Assembly (NCBI GenBank): GCA_010909165.1
Contig: MU008153.1
Coordinates: forward strand, 62,001 to 126,000
Reading direction: 5' to 3'
Length of the DNA: 64,000 bases
Source of the DNA: Anthoceros angustus
Lineage: Eukaryota > Plantae > Anthocerotophyta
The notes below the pieces were generated by a model that worked only from the letters and a program-made list of their open reading frames with translations, was not told the origin of the DNA and did not search any database. The position numbers were made by a program, and so were the translations under genes. Shown one piece after another: positions 61,213-64,000 of the stretch. The first letter of the stretch is position 1. Every line of letters starts with the position of its first letter.

Positions 61213-64000
61213 GCGAATTAAATCAAATGTGATAGAGTATAGTTTGGGTTTGGTCAATTTTATTAGTTCGAGAATTCAAAAATGTGAAAACATTAAAAAA
61301 AATCGATGTTCTCACTTGCATTCATTGGAGGGGGAGTTGGGGAAAGCAACATGCTCTCAACTTCCAGCAACTCGCGCTCGAAATTACGCCTTTTCCTCCT
61401 CTCACATTCACGGCCGCCAATGCGTTAAGGTAGTCTCCAAAATGCCCAAAACCCGGACTAACCGGGGTTTGCAAGTACATGCAAAACACACGGTCATTAG
61501 TGCAAGGTGATGACAAATCGGTGGACTTGCTGAAGGAGCTTTGCTTTCATGGAGACGGCATGGTTTATGTCAAAGGCTTGCTAGGAGGTGATATGCATGA
61601 CATCCTCTTACAAAGACCAAAAGTGCCCATCATTGTATTTCTCCGCCGACAAGACCACTTGGAGAGCCTCCTTAGAGGATGGTGTGAACTACATAAAATC
61701 ATTATTTGCCGTCCATCGTGCCCGGACATCGAAGAGCTATTGTAGCCATGACGCCCCGTGACCTCTTTCTCGAAGCTAATGCCTATGATTTATGAGTTGC
61801 TCGATATGACCTTGTCACCGCCGCTGCCCTTCAAACTCATATGGAATGTTGGACCTGGTTGTTGCAACCGACAAGACAACCGAGATGGGGGCAAAAGCAG
61901 CGTTGGTGACTTTAAGATGGAGGTGAGCAATTCGTGACTACGAATATGTCTTGAAATCGATCGGGATAGGAGACATTTGAATGGCTGTTGCCATGATCCT
62001 TGGTAGTTAGTGAGAATCTTGTAAGGCTTGAGCGCACAGCCGCTCGAGACTTCATGACTCAACATGGACTTCAAATGTTATGAAGGGGCTAAGCGTTGCC
62101 CAATTGGCTATGCTTTGATCTATGGCACCTGATTGGTAAGCCATATGGTGGGGCTTATCATGTGATTGGTGTCGTGTCGACTTTAATGAAACTCATATGG
62201 TAGCTTTCATTAGGCTACAAGCCTTGTTCATCGGTGGAATCAAACGGGGAAGCACACAAGGGCGGAAGATACATTCATTCAATTACTCAAGAAAGAGAAC
62301 AATGGAGTTTATGTACAGCAAGTGAGATAACTAACTAAAGTTGTTTTGATAACTATCCGAACTACCTGAACGGATATAACTGGTAAGTAGATCCTGACTA
62401 CTAGACCAATAATTTTTACACTCCCTCTTAGTGAGTCATAGGGATCAAAATCAGCACATGGACTGATTCGATCCATAATTGCACGATAACTTCACACTCC
62501 AAACGAGCGGTTGAAAACACATGCATAAGAAACACCAAAGGGAATCTTTCGGACACGCCTAGTCATGGGCAGTACTCCCTCCATCAACTACGCTCCACTA
62601 CCTCTGCTACAAAACTTGAGATGGCAACATTTGATGTCGTGGAACTTGCCTTGGTTGTTGTTGTTTGTGTGCGCCTTCGCATCCTGGTGTGCTTAGGTTT
62701 GCAAGACAAGATCCCACTTGATGAGTAGATGGATGGACGGCTAGGCTGGTGAGCAACTCCTTAGAGTCTGCAGCTAGAATATCAATGGCCCCCTGGCTAG
62801 AGTGTGCTTTTCATGTAGTACCTAGGGAGCTTTATATTGGGCGGGCTATAGTCGGTGCAAATCTTTCAAGAAACTACGAACCCAAAAACTCCTTAGGTGC
62901 ACGAGTCATTGCCCCATATGCGGCTTCCGTTGAAGATAGGTGCTCGACTTCTTTGATGACCACGAAGCGAGTCATCCCAAGAAACATACAATAGGTAGGT
63001 GCTCGACTTCTTTGATGACCACGAAGCAGTCATCCCAAGAAACATACAATAGGCAGGCTGGTGTTTCACTTGATGACCACGAACAGAGTCATCCCAAGAA
63101 ACATACAATAAGCGTACACTCTTCCTTGTCCACAAGGTCTCTTGCCAGTCGGCGAGGGTGGGAGTTGAGATCACCAAGAGTCTTACCGAACGGAGTCCTT
63201 TCCTTGGAGAGCCCTTCAAGTATCTAAAGATTAACTTCTCTGGCCAATGGGCAAGCCTTGGGTTTTCTAGAAATTGGCTAAAAGTACCAACAGCTCGGTG
63301 ATATCTAATCTAGTCCGGTTTGACAAGTAAATGAGGGACCCCACTGTCTATATGGTTTAGAAGCCATTTTCACCCCGACCAGTCTAAGACACCTCAAGGG
63401 GTAGCTTGTCATCTATACTCATTGGCATTGATACAGACGGGCGTCTACCACATTAAACCTTCGCAGTCGCAAAGTGTGCTTGATGAATGTCAATGGTCTT
63501 ATCTTTGCTATTAAAATGGAACCAAATACGAGGAAAGGTAAGTTGCCCTAGGTCATTCATCTCAAATCAAACTTGGTAAGTAAGATCTTCTTAATCCTGT
63601 CAATCAGTGTTGCTGAGGTACTAAACAGGATGTTGTTATCCACATAAACAGCCAGGATTAGAAAGTCTACTCCTTCACTTAGCAAGAACACATTGTTGTC
63701 AACGTCCATACGAATGAAGCCTACCTCTATAAGGAGTTGATGGAATACCTCATTCCGTGCTCTCAAGGATCGCTTCAGGCCATAACGTGTTTTAAGCAAC
63801 TTACACACTTTGTCCTCATCAACAATGAAGCCCTCAGGTTGACACATGTAAATCTCCCCCTCTAGCAGGCCATTCAGAAAAGTGGTCTTCACATCCAGTT
63901 GATGCACTAGTAGGTTGTAGTGGGCAGTTAGTGCAAGGAGGATTCGGAGAGAATTGGATTTGACAACGGTGAAAAGGTTTCGTTATAGTCTAGACCACGG

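Larger units (their letters stand above)
18885..64000. repeat. Head-to-tail array of a ~6 kb composite unit (Copia fragment, chromovirus 3' end, TBP-like cassette) with partial internal duplications; runs off the window
   Basis: Landmarks recur: Copia LTR/PPT boundary at 31226, 41097, ~42337, 48443, 54480, 62420; (ggcttt)n at ~22590, 33155, 34160, 44250, 50360, 56405, 58400; period about 6.0-6.1 kb in the regular part. Confidence 0.95.

Noticed and set aside
18885-64000. Array as an autonomous intact retrotransposon or a proven centromere
   Set aside because: No gag, protease or PBS in the unit and shared stop codons; centromere identity cannot be judged from sequence alone.

Overview
Eukaryotic land-plant nuclear DNA. 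The PPR subtypes point to a hornwort, or less likely a fern or lycophyte. The first ~12.3 kb is clean genic sequence: a head-to-head pair of intronless PLS-class PPR RNA-editing genes (a truncated WW-type E+ factor on -, a complete DYW:KP-type factor on +) and an intronless IPT9/MiaA-type tRNA isopentenyltransferase. From ~13.3 kb the window is nested LTR-retrotransposon debris. From ~18.9 kb to the end it is a head-to-tail array of a ~6 kb composite unit. Each unit holds a 5'-truncated Copia (INT-RT-RH-PPT plus ~186 bp LTR, - strand), the 3' end of a chromovirus (GPY/F-chromodomain-PPT plus ~645 bp LTR, + strand), and a ~1.8 kb non-TE cassette between the two LTRs. The cassette is an intronless, highly divergent TATA-binding-protein (TBP)-like gene directly downstream of the chromovirus LTR, a short AT-rich spacer, and an unknown ORF with a partial Nudix-like motif. 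It resembles a giant-virus (NCLDV)-type fragment and occurs six times. Differences between copies cluster at CG/CHG words, so many frameshifts in the array are probably uncorrected long-read errors. All of this comes from reading by eye; no searches were run.
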